Positions 19,316 through 29,595 of a stretch of DNA of 64,000 nt are shown here, one piece after another. The translations under genes were made by a program, and so were the position numbers. The stretch is from contig CM000435.1 in the NCBI GenBank assembly GCA_000165345.1, positions 672,001 through 736,000 on the forward strand. Direction: 5' to 3'. The first letter of the stretch is position 1; every line of letters starts with the position of its first letter. The notes beneath the pieces are model-generated. The model made no database searches, was not told the origin of the DNA, and saw nothing but the letters and a program-made list of their open reading frames with translations.

Positions 19316-21691
19316 ATGCAAAATTCAATAGGAACGATTTATTATAGCCATCCTACTCGAGATTTAGAAAAGGGCGATTGGAATAATGATACAGTAAATA
19401 GTTCAGTAGGTCTACTCTCATTAGAAGAATGTAGAAGTAAATTTAGCAATTTCATCAAAAACTTTAATCAAGGTGGAGAATATATTTACAGAGAGATGCT
19501 AATAAACAATATTTCTATTGGCGAATATACACTTAGACTCGAACTTCACCATTTGAGTATTGATGAGGTTTCTTGCTCAGAAATGGGAGAAAACACTGAG
19601 AATGCAAGTTATGATGGGAACCTTATAGATGGGCAAGAAAATGACTCTGATAATTTTGTTAATGGCGTAAGGACGAGCAATGAATTATGTTGTTTAATTC
19701 AATGTTTCAAGAATGCACCACTAAAATATATTCCAATTTGTGAAGGCGTATTAAAAGAAGTATATTTAGAACTTGTGGGAAAACATAAAAAAGAAATATC
19801 TGAGGAAGAGATTAACGAGATTGTTCCAGATATACAGTTACAAATTGTCTCAAATCAAGAGCCAACCTTAATTAGGGATCTCAGAAGTAATGTTATGGAA
19901 AAACTGGTCACCGTTCCTGGAATAGTTATCCAATCTTCAAAGCCTCAAAAGAAAGCCTCTAAGCTTAAAATTTTATGTCGCCAATGTAAGGGTACCAGAA
20001 ATATAAATATCCCAATTTGGCGTCAAGGTACAATGCTTCCAAGAGTTTGCAATACAACTCCAATAGGAGATGCACCAAAGTGCCCATTGGATCCATATTT
20101 TACTCTTTGCGATGAGTCTGAATACATTGATATACAAAGCATGAAATTCCAGGAACTTCCAGAACACGTTCCTACTGGAGACATTCCTCGTAATATTTCA
20201 CTACATATGACACGCGGACTTATAGACAAAGTGATTCCAGGAAATAGGCTCTATGTTGTAGGTGTGCTTTCTTCCACAGATAAGGAATCATCGAAGGCTC
20301 ATTCTAGCAGTAGAAATGGCTCTCTCAGAACATCCTATTTGTACGTTATTGGCGTAATGAACTATGGGAGTAGTTGGTCAAATAAAAATACAAATACTTT
20401 GATAAAGAACTCATCAATTAGCAACCAATACAATGAAATAGAAGAATTTCGTCGTATTTCATCTTTACCAAATATTCATGAGCTAATTGTTAACAGTATC
20501 GCCCCTGCAATTTATGGGAATGAAACAATTAAACAAGCAATAGCATGCTTACTTTTTAGCGGGAGTTCAAAGTGTCTACCTGATGGTAATAGAATTAGAG
20601 GTGATTTAAATGTTTTGTTGTTAGGAGACCCTTCAACAGCCAAATCTCAACTTTTGAAGTTTGTAGAACAGGTTGCCCCAATATGCATTTATACGTCAGG
20701 TAAAGGAAGTAGCGCCGCTGGTCTTACTGCTGCAATAGTTAAGGATCATGCGAATGGTGTGTATGCACTGGAGGGTGGAGCTATGGTACTTGCAGACGGA
20801 GGGGTCGTATGCATTGATGAGTTTGATAAAATGCGTGATGATGATCGTGTAGCTATTCATGAAGCTATGGAACAACAAACAATAAGTATTGCAAAAGCAG
20901 GAATTACGACTATTTTAAAAGCAAGGTGTTCTATATTGGCCGCTGCAAACCCCACTTTTGGTTCTTATGATGATAGCAAGGACTTAACACAACAACATGA
21001 TTTTGAATCTACGATTCTATCAAGATTTGACCTTATATTTTTATTAAAAGATGAAAAAAATGTTGAAAGAGATAAGCTAATAGCCTCGCATATTGTGGAG
21101 CTGCATTCTGGTATTAAAGGCAAGATTAACGGCGACTGCTCAGAATCTACTAACTCTCTCCAGTTCGAGCAACTGCAAAAGTACATTAATTACTGCAGAG
21201 AGTTTATCCATCCACGTTTATCTCTGGATGCTGCTGCGATACTAGAAAATTTTTATGTCAAAATAAGAGAAGATAACCGTGAAGATACGAACAAAGCAAG
21301 CAAAGATAGAATACCAATAACAGTTAGACAGTTAGAGGCAATCACAAGAATTGCAGAGAGCTTTGCAAAAATGGAAATGCAGAATATCGCAAGCGAGAAA
21401 CATGTCGAGATGGCTATCAAATTATTCAAAAATGCAACAATAGAAGCAATTAAATCAAATATTCTATTACTTGACAATCTATCGCCAGCAGAGCAATCTG
21501 CTATTATCGATGCAGAGGTTGCTATAAAAAATAGGATTCCAATAAAAGCAAGGGCAGGAAAAGCGACAATAGTCAAGGATTTGGCGTTAATTGGATATGA
21601 CCCATATTATTTAACAAAAGCCATGAAGATCCTTATCCAAAAGGGTGACCTGATCGAAAGATCAGATTTTTCTATATTCAGGGTTAAGTAA
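19316..21691 (+). CDS. MCM5: DNA replication licensing factor MCM5
   Basis: Walker A is [16 protein letters not shown], Walker B is [43 protein letters not shown], the arginine finger is ILSRFDLIF, and the C4 zinc finger is CRQCKG...[13 protein letters not shown]. The closest pattern is MCM5 ([48 protein letters not shown]). Confidence 0.85.
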   Translation: [791 protein letters not shown]

Positions 21692-21717
21692 TTTGTCAAT
21701 ACATACCTTTCGGTTTT

Positions 21718-22669
21718 TTATTGTTCATCGTCTGAAGATCGAAATTCAAATTTGTAAGAAACGCCTTGAAAAGGACTAATTGCTGTGCTTTCAGATGAAG
21801 AAACTGTTACATTAGGATAATAATTAGCATCTTGAAAGCTTCCAAGTGAATATAGAGGAAGATTTGAGCTATCTTCCATTATATGAAATGATCCAATGCC
21901 ATTTAATTCTTCTATCTGTATTCTTCTTGCAAGCTCTTCATCCGAGATTTCTGTGCGTAGAATGTTTGACTCACGATTTTCAATCTGCGATATACTTCCA
22001 TGGCATTCAGTATTAGCAGTCTCCATATTAACCGTAGTATCTATGTTTCTTGGTCGCTGGCGCCTGCCTTGGCAATTTTGTCTAGACGAATGGGCAATTA
22101 ATGAATGAGTCCACGACTTGAATGAGCTAATTATCCCTGAACTCTGATTTGAAGTGCTCTTCTTTGGATTCCTTGATCTGTTCATCTTGATTTTGTTTGC
22201 CAAGGAGCCATTCGCATTCTGCGCAGTGTGGTCCGACGAGGAGTTTTCTATAGATGCATTAGTTTTTTCACGAGCTTCCCCTCTTTGTAATGCTAGTTGA
22301 TTAAGGTCTGTATCTAATTCAAAAGATTCAGCTAAATTGCTATTAAATTCATTATCATATCCTGGATACCGGCTATTCATCTCGTGATTCGACCTTTGCG
22401 CTTCCGAAGATGAAGTGGGGCGATTTACTATAAAGTTATTTGAACAATTAACTCTACTAGCGCCTAAGCTTGCATCCTCCTGATTTGATCTAGCCGAAAG
22501 GGACACCGACCCATCCGTAAGGACCCCCTTTTGATTAAGATATTTTTTCCTTTGTTTATCTCTATATTCGGCTATTTCCGATTCAATATCATAGCTTTGT
22601 TGTAATTCTATAAGCTCGATTCAAGTCGAAAGTTGTAAAAAGTAGCAACTTACTTTGGCCATTATGCAT
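21718..22669 (-). CDS. Ser/Asn-rich hypothetical protein; proposed join(21718..22607, 22654..22669) with a 16-nt first coding exon and a 46-nt intron
   Basis: The track start at 22504-22506 is GTG, and the frame stays open upstream to 22620 with no ATG. An upstream ATGCATAATGGCCAAA is followed by GTAAGTTGC...GCTTATAG and, in phase 1, joins exactly into the ORF frame (MHNGQK|LQQSYDIESEIAEYRDKQRKKYLNQKGVLTDGSVSLSARSNQ...). Confidence 0.45.
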
Positions 22670-22861
22670 ATTTGAATAGCGCGAGGGAGCTATAAATTTA
22701 AGAACTACACGTCGGTATAAGCTAAATATCAAATAAAAAATGAAAAATGATCCGAGTATTTTGCAATATCACGAACTTCCACTTAACAATGTCTTTTCGG
22801 CGGCAATTAATTAGAATCACTGAATTAGAAATGAAGAGAATATTAGTTAAAAACTAGGTTA

Positions 22862-24469
22862 TTATTGGTTAATAGCTATATTATATTTAGTGATACAGCG
22901 CTTTGGGTTTACATAATTTTTGTCCTTCATTATTCTTACTTTACAAACAGATATTGACGTGGATGCACATAGATCTATAGGTAAAAAGTTAGATTGGTTA
23001 GTACTAAATTCAAGTACAGCCGTTTCTGAAGGAGATAGTTGAGGAATGTCCCAAGAATAACTGTTTTTATTTGATTCGAATGCGCCGAGATTTGTGTTAT
23101 ATGTAGATACAAATGTCAAGGGAATATTTAATTTAAAATTAGTTATTGATTGGGAGGGTTCGATTTCGATAGTAACATTTGTATACCCATTTCCTGCGTC
23201 GAGAGGCCAGTAGGAAAAAGAAAATGGAAGCTCAATTTGATTATTCTGGAAGTGGGATGATGGTCTCCATTTAACAAGTGGCATCAGAGTGTTTACTGGC
23301 AGCGTGCAATTTATGCCATCCTTTAATTCCAAGATACCGCAATCTTGGAATTTTTCCTTATTAAGGTTTGGGTGAGTCTTAAATTGAAATCTGGGGTCTT
23401 CAGTTATTGAATACTCAGGAAAGGCTTCTGAAGGCAAAGCAACTTGAAAAGTTCCTTGAATTTCAACTTTAGATTGAATCTTTCCATCAACACTGAGTGA
23501 AAATTCGATCTTCTCCTCAATCAATGAGCAATCATCTTCAGTATACTTAATATCCAGGGTGTTGCATATATTTTCTTTTAATTTAAAATCTGAATGATTA
23601 TCCATAACTTTTGATGGAAGACTAATATTTGGTTTCGATTCTGTGATTGGTTTCTTTTTCCCAATAAGCATCCCTTTTCCTGGAGCGTTCATGGATTGAA
23701 TAGCTGTTGATTCGTTTACAAACATCCCAAAGTTTCGGCTATCTCCCGCTGGATCTGAATTGTTAACTAGATTATTATCGTTCCTCGAAATATTTTTTAT
23801 TGGGCCAATTCCTACAGACTGAGCTATCTTACCGACTCCAACAGATTCTGCGAACGCTGCAATCCCAGATAATGAGGACTTTACAATATTGTTATTTGAA
23901 TTTGTAGATGCATAGTTCGATTGGTTAAATGCCTCATTTGTTACCCTCTCTTTATCGAGCCTATTTGCGATATGCCTTCTGCGTTCTTTTTCTTCATTTT
24001 CCTTGTTCTGCCTTATCAACTTATGCAGCTTTTCTTCTTGAGATTCCATTTCAAGGCACGTTTTTATTTGACTCAAATTTATTGATTCTCTATACCCAAA
24101 AGAAACAATTTCATCAAAGGCGAAAATGACATCAAAGCAATTATTTGCAATTAAATCTTCCGTTATTGGAGGGGGGTTATTACAACAATCGTATAGTACT
24201 TGACAAAATAATTGCAATGTGTCCATATCTTCAATTATATTAGAATTAATGGGTGTCATCAAGATAAGATAAATATTATCGATTGCTTGATATATAAACC
24301 TAATGTTATCGATCTCCATATAGGTATATTCACTGCTTAAGCAAAATTGCTCAATTTTTTTAATAAATCTATTCAAGTAAGCTTCAACATCGCCTCTTGT
24401 CATTTCAACAAATTGTCTTGATAAGAGAATTTTTCTATTACTAACAATTGATGCAGAAAAAACCACCAT
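22862..24469 (-). CDS. COPD: Coatomer subunit delta (COPD/ARCN1): longin-like N-terminus plus mu-homology domain
   Basis: [35 protein letters not shown]...[33 protein letters not shown] matches ARCN1 [36 protein letters not shown]...[33 protein letters not shown]. The track start is TTG, so I use the ATG at 24467-24469. Confidence 0.8.
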   Translation of the reverse strand: [535 protein letters not shown]

Positions 24470-24849
24470 TGTGTACAATGGATACCTTACTATTGTCAAG
24501 CTTACAATATTCTGGTGTCTTTTCTTTGATACCTTACTATTAGATAATATTCTGGAGATATCTTAGCAATTCTACTTTTATAATTTTTGATGTGAGGGTA
24601 AAAAGCCGCATGGCGTAAAGAACGCGCAAATCCACTTGAATGTTTAAATAAATTCAATCTAAAGAATTCTTAAATAGCTTAATTTCGAAGTTTCTGCTCA
24701 AATGCTACAAAAAAATCATGGGTTCGGACTGATTATATTTGATTAAAATAGTATCTTTGATTATTGTTTTTATTTTTCATGGAGTCTTACGCTATACGAC
24801 TTTCTTTCACAGTAAGGTATTTATTTCTCCATAATTAAAACTCATCAAT

Positions 24850-26052
24850 ATGAATACCAAAAACTCGAATAACTCAAGAATCTTTGTTGACGGTGTATTT
24901 GACCTAATGCATGCTGGCCACTTTAATGCGTTAAGGAAAGCAAAGCAATTCGGAAATGAATTGGTAGTTGGTATAAATTCTGATCTTGATTGCTTCAATT
25001 TAAAGGGATGTTATCCTATTTATAACCAGGATGAACGTGGAGAGCTTATGAAAGGCTGCAAATGGGCTGATGAAATTGTTATCGGAACTCCGTACATAGT
25101 TGAGGGGAGCTTACTAAATCAATTAAACTGCGAATTTGTTGCGCATGGCGATGACCTTGTATTATGTTCAGATGGGACTGATCCATATAATGAGCCAAGA
25201 ATATTGGGTAGGTTAAAAATATTTCAAAGAACTGAAGGTGTAAGCACAACTTCAGTTATGACTCGTATTTTTCGTGTTTTGGGCCTAGAACTTGAAGATA
25301 TTCTGCCGTTGAATAAATTTGATAATTCTGGTATGAATGGAAAAGAAAACTTTATTGCATCAAAAATTGACAAATTCCTTGATGGAGATTATTCTCCTTG
25401 CCAAAGTTTGATCTCTGCAAGTAGAGTTTTAAGTTTTGCCTGTGGAATAGCATCTGCAAAGCAAGTATATAACTCAAATCCCAATGTTACGTATATTGAT
25501 GGAAGCTTCGATATCTTTCATATCGGTCATTTGAGATTTCTTGAAAGAGTGAAAAAAATTTTTGGTGGAGTCTTAATAATTGGAATTTATGATGACTCAA
25601 CAGCTCAATTGATTTATGGAGATGGGTTTCCAATACTTAAAATGATGGAAAGAGCACTAACACTATTATCTATGCGTGTTGTGGATGATGTAATATTTGG
25701 AGCTCCAATAAAGATTACAAAAAAACTTATAGAAACTTACAAAATTAATAATGTTGTCTCTTGCAAGATTATAGAAAACTATGTCAGTTCTGAACATCTA
25801 AAAAAAAACAATTTTGATTCAGAAAATTCAGCAGAATACGCATCAAAGCTGGAGGAATTTTGCTATGAAATTCCAAAAAAGATGGGAATATTTTGCAATA
25901 CTACTATTCTTAAAAAAGAAGAAATTTGTACTAACCGTGATATATTTTCACGCATCATGAATAGAAGAGACTCTATCTTGTATGTTATCAAAAAAAGGTG
26001 GGCAAAGGAACTAAGTTTTTATGAAAACGAGGTAAATACTAAGCTACATTGA
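24850..26052 (+). CDS. Ethanolamine-phosphate cytidylyltransferase (ECT/PCYT2-like), tandem cytidylyltransferase domains
   Basis: Two HxGH-type nucleotidyltransferase motifs (DGVFDLMHAGHFNALRKA and DGSFDIFHIGHLRFLER) plus RTEGVSTTSVMTRI; collinear with PCYT2. Confidence 0.8.
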   Translation: MNTKNSNNSRIFVDGVFDLMHAGHFNALRKAKQFGNELVVGINSDLDCFNLKGCYPIYNQDERGELMKGCKWADEIVIGTPYIVEGSLLNQLNCEFVAHGDDLVLCSDGTDPYNEPRILGRLKIFQRTEGVSTTSVMTRIFRVLGLELEDILPLNKFDNSGMNGKENFIASKIDKFLDGDYSPCQSLISASRVLSFACGIASAKQVYNSNPNVTYIDGSFDIFHIGHLRFLERVKKIFGGVLIIGIYDDSTAQLIYGDGFPILKMMERALTLLSMRVVDDVIFGAPIKITKKLIETYKINNVVSCKIIENYVSSEHLKKNNFDSENSAEYASKLEEFCYEIPKKMGIFCNTTILKKEEICTNRDIFSRIMNRRDSILYVIKKRWAKELSFYENEVNTKLH

Positions 26053-26071
26053 CTAGCTGAAATTTTTAAAA

Positions 26072-27112
26072 CTAGTGAATGCCCTCTATAAAGCTACATA
26101 AATGGCATTTATCACCATCTATACAAGCATAATCAATCAATATATCATAATTCGAATAACTGCTTTGATAGCAGCAATCAGGTTCAGTTATTATTGGAAT
26201 TACTAAAGGTGTTTCCCAGCCAAAATAAACATTCAAGTCTTTGAATAAATATCTTTCAACTTCTTGGCGGTAAGAGTTGTTCTCAGAGCGAGAAATCGCA
26301 TTTATTTCAGTATTTTTATCATCAACACCGAGATCTTCAATCGCAACTACCTGCTGTGTAGTTCTCTTCTCTTCTCTATTATGATATTTACTGTTCAAGA
26401 TATCCAGTATCTCTTTATTCAGATAAGGCTTACTTTCCCTGCAATTGTTATTCTCTCCGCTATTGTTTCTTTTATAAGGTTGAAGCTTAGTTTTTTTTTT
26501 GCCTTCAACCGCATTTTCTATTCTTTTTTTAATCGGTATCCCTTGCTCCTGTGAGATGTTCTCTTTACGTGAAGTATCAGAGCAATTATAATCGGTATTT
26601 TGATTGTAATCCTGGATATTTGAACGATTATATGTCGAACTTTGAGTATCGCTGGAATGATTGCTTTTATATTTAGAACTTAAAATTGTGCTCGAATCGC
26701 TAAACAAGCTGGTTGATGAATTATCTGAAAATGTTTCATTCAATGAAGGGCTAGAATTGGAATTGATAGCTGTTTTATTCTCAATCTTCGTTGTAGATTT
26801 GCTAAGTTTGTACTCGAACTTTGATCCTTGTCTTTCTTGACTATTACAATTATTTGAGTCATGGCTCATGTTGTCCGGCGAAGAACTCATGCAATTAGAA
26901 GAAATATGTTCGTTACTTGAATTTACAATTGAATCCAAGTAAGTATTTTCGAAAGAAACATTTATCCCTTTAATTTTCTCATTTTCACATTTCTTTGAGC
27001 CGGCTTTCTTTCGACTAAAAATCCTATGTTTGGCATTGTTCATTGAGAATACTTTGTATTTGCCTTTAAGATTAGAAAAAAAAGAATTGTGTTTCTTGTC
27101 CATATTCATCAT
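26072..27112 (-). CDS. Hypothetical Ser/Asn-rich low-complexity protein (346 aa)
   Basis: ORF with a verified ATG. The Cys-containing C-terminal segment reads DCCYQSSYSNYDILIDYACIDGDKCHLCSF. No family recognised. Confidence 0.45.
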   Translation of the reverse strand: MMNMDKKHNSFFSNLKGKYKVFSMNNAKHRIFSRKKAGSKKCENEKIKGINVSFENTYLDSIVNSSNEHISSNCMSSSPDNMSHDSNNCNSQERQGSKFEYKLSKSTTKIENKTAINSNSSPSLNETFSDNSSTSLFSDSSTILSSKYKSNHSSDTQSSTYNRSNIQDYNQNTDYNCSDTSRKENISQEQGIPIKKRIENAVEGKKKTKLQPYKRNNSGENNNCRESKPYLNKEILDILNSKYHNREEKRTTQQVVAIEDLGVDDKNTEINAISRSENNSYRQEVERYLFKDLNVYFGWETPLVIPIITEPDCCYQSSYSNYDILIDYACIDGDKCHLCSFIEGIH

Positions 27113-27217
27113 TAATCTTGGGACTAGAGCTCAATATCATCAACAAAATAATATGGGTTTAACCCCATGAAAAGTTAAGGCAATCAAGCTGTTAAACTTT
27201 ATTTTTTAAATTATATT

Positions 27218-27718
27218 TTACCTTTTCTTTTCCATTGAACTTCCACGCAGAATATTGTTCAGAAAATTTACTTGTTCGCACAAATGTTTATTTGGAGAGG
27301 AGTTAATAGGTGCATATAATAAAGAATCGCCAACCTGTGAAACGCACATATCATTACAAATCTCCAAATTCGGGGGAAGGCTTGACTTTAATGAAATTAT
27401 ACAATTGTTACCTATTTTTACGTTCTTATTTACTCTGGATCCCACTTCAAAACTATTATTATCGCCTATAGATAAGGCACTGTCAACTTCACATCTTACA
27501 TGGAACCAGTTGTTATTACCAATTGGCATTTTGTTAATAGTCTTGTTAACAATTTTAACAGATTCTTCTATTATATTATTCTTTCCTATTATAATTCCGC
27601 CAACTCCACCATCGATTAACGCAGAAGGGTGGACTATACATCCTTCATCTAACTCAACGTTTCCAGAAATATTCGATTCCTGACAAATAAGTGAAGCTAG
27701 ATTCTTATTTTCTTGCAT
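27218..27718 (-). CDS. Hexapeptide-repeat (left-handed beta-helix) protein, dynactin subunit p27 (DCTN6)-like
   Basis: IVHPSALIDGGVGGIIIGKNNIIEESVKI and IGDNNSFEVGSRVNKNVKIGNNCII resemble DCTN6 ([42 protein letters not shown]). Confidence 0.55.
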   Translation of the reverse strand: MQENKNLASLICQESNISGNVELDEGCIVHPSALIDGGVGGIIIGKNNIIEESVKIVNKTINKMPIGNNNWFHVRCEVDSALSIGDNNSFEVGSRVNKNVKIGNNCIISLKSSLPPNLEICNDMCVSQVGDSLLYAPINSSPNKHLCEQVNFLNNILRGSSMEKKR

Positions 27719-27830
27719 GAATCAACTATAATTTAGGAAAATTATATCTTCTCAAAACTGCATATTTACCTGAGTTGAAAAAGCAATGCTTGGTATATCC
27801 GCTATTGGAAACGAATTCGCTACCGAGATC

Positions 27831-27845
27831 AAAGGCGCGCGATTT
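27831..27845. promoter_or_regulatory. GC-rich palindromic box AAAGGCGCGCGATTT (E2F-like GGCGC core) in a divergent promoter
   Basis: An isolated GC-rich element in 70% AT intergenic DNA. Similar GGCGCC / GCGCGCCAT boxes recur upstream of most genes here. Confidence 0.35.
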
Positions 27846-28263
27846 GTGGGGTATATTTATTTATTCTGTATTTTGTAGTGAAAGAATTGCAAATACTCCC
27901 TGATCAATTTAACTGAACAACTGTATTCGTTGATTATCTTTAGTTTTGATATTCTAATTTGAGCTTTTATTTTTGAAAACTTATTCGATTTTTTATTAGA
28001 TCTCGATGTGGAATATTTAAGCCTATTCTAAACGTGATTAATGTCTCGCGCAATGAAAAGTGACTGAAAAAGGAGTAAGCGATAAATTATTAAATTGAAG
28101 GGCAATTTATGACAGGTTAACTTCATTTATATTGCTTATATTAACTATTGTATTAATCTTGGAGAATAGTTTGTAAATATGTAATGTTATTTAGGGAATT
28201 ACATCAAATATTAACTTCATATGAAGAGGCTCATGTTCTTTATTTTTGAACGATCACGTATCT

Positions 28264-29595
28264 ATGGAAGAATTAATTAATGATATTGAAAACATTTCAA
28301 TAAATAGTAATAATGTTGATGAATCGAATACTAAGGATCCCGAAAAAAATGATAATTTTTTTGATTATGAAATTTTATTACCAACTAGGAACCAATTAGA
28401 AGATGATTCTATTCTTTCATTAACGCCAGTTAAGGACAATGATAAGGAACTATTTAAAAATTGTATTCTTTGTAGAGATTATTCAAGCCCAATTTGTAAA
28501 GAATGTTCAAAACATAATTCAAAAACTTCAAGGAAAAGCAAACTCAAAAAAAATAAAATTATCCCAGATGGTAAAGTTAAAGCACTCGCAATGCAATTTG
28601 AAAATATTCTGCCAGAAGTAACAAATAGTAGTCCGAGCTTTTCTATTGTAAATGATAATTTCATGTTAGAGAAGAGCGAGCCTGCGCATTTTCAAGCTGA
28701 TATTTCAATAAATTCAATAATTGAGCATACAAATGTAGATAATAGAGATTATTTGAACACTAGTTTACTTGGGGACCAAACTAATATTCTTAGTATAGAT
28801 TCCGAAAACGACAATGCAAAGTCTAAAATGGCAAAAAATCAATTGACTCCAATTATAGACCCAAATTTGTGCGAAAAAATTGACCCAATAAAAGCAATTA
28901 TTACATCTTCAAACAGTTATATCAATATCGTTGGAAATACAGAAATTGGAAATTGTGCATCTGCTGATACCAAAGTTAGATCAATTGCGACAGAAATTAA
29001 CCATTTATTTGAATGTGGTTTTCCAGAAAACGATTTAATATTTGATCAATTTGAATCATTGAATCCACTAGAGCAGAGGGCTCTACTGCTGAAATGGATT
29101 ACCGAAATTCTGAAAACATCGGAAGCAAGCTCCAAATTATCAAATAATGAATTCAAAGAGATAATAAAAATTTTAAAAAGTATTGTGGATGAGTTAGAAC
29201 GCAATGAAACGTATAAAATATCCAAAAGTTCCCCAAATAACAACTCAACAGAGTATCAGTCAATTCTCAGCCATGTTTTTGATGAAAAGGATGAAAGATT
29301 AATCATTAAAAGAAATGGCATACAAATCCCTAATACTAAGAACTCAATAAAACTGGTGAATTCCAAGTTACAAATAAATATTAGTATTCCTGAAGACGAA
29401 GAGATAGAAGAGGAACGCATCAATGAACTAATATTAAATAAGTATATTTACTCAAGTAGCAACTTCGAATCAAATTCAATAATTATTGACGAAAATAGCC
29501 TGAGCCCAAAATCTGAAATAGTTTTAGATGATGAGGAAATAGTTGGAAACTCAATCAAAGAAATTGGGAATAACTTTTTTGGGTTTTTCAAATAA
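28264..29595 (+). CDS. Hypothetical protein (443 aa)
   Basis: ORF. The track start at 28246 is TTG, and the first ATG is 28264. No family recognised. Confidence 0.45.
   Translation: MEELINDIENISINSNNVDESNTKDPEKNDNFFDYEILLPTRNQLEDDSILSLTPVKDNDKELFKNCILCRDYSSPICKECSKHNSKTSRKSKLKKNKIIPDGKVKALAMQFENILPEVTNSSPSFSIVNDNFMLEKSEPAHFQADISINSIIEHTNVDNRDYLNTSLLGDQTNILSIDSENDNAKSKMAKNQLTPIIDPNLCEKIDPIKAIITSSNSYINIVGNTEIGNCASADTKVRSIATEINHLFECGFPENDLIFDQFESLNPLEQRALLLKWITEILKTSEASSKLSNNEFKEIIKILKSIVDELERNETYKISKSSPNNNSTEYQSILSHVFDEKDERLIIKRNGIQIPNTKNSIKLVNSKLQINISIPEDEEIEEERINELILNKYIYSSSNFESNSIIIDENSLSPKSEIVLDDEEIVGNSIKEIGNNFFGFFK

Noticed and set aside
19973-21576. Several minus-strand track ORFs (19973..20229, 20696..20878, 20965..21186, 21253..21576)
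   Set aside because: All are antisense within the strongly conserved MCM5 coding sequence.
24715-24735. tRNA T-arm-like GGGTTCGGACTG
   Set aside because: It does not fit the T-loop consensus (position 58 is not A), it has no flanking acceptor or anticodon stem, and it sits in a promoter region.
27255-27683. 142-aa plus-strand track ORF
   Set aside because: It is antisense to the dynactin p27-like hexapeptide-repeat gene.
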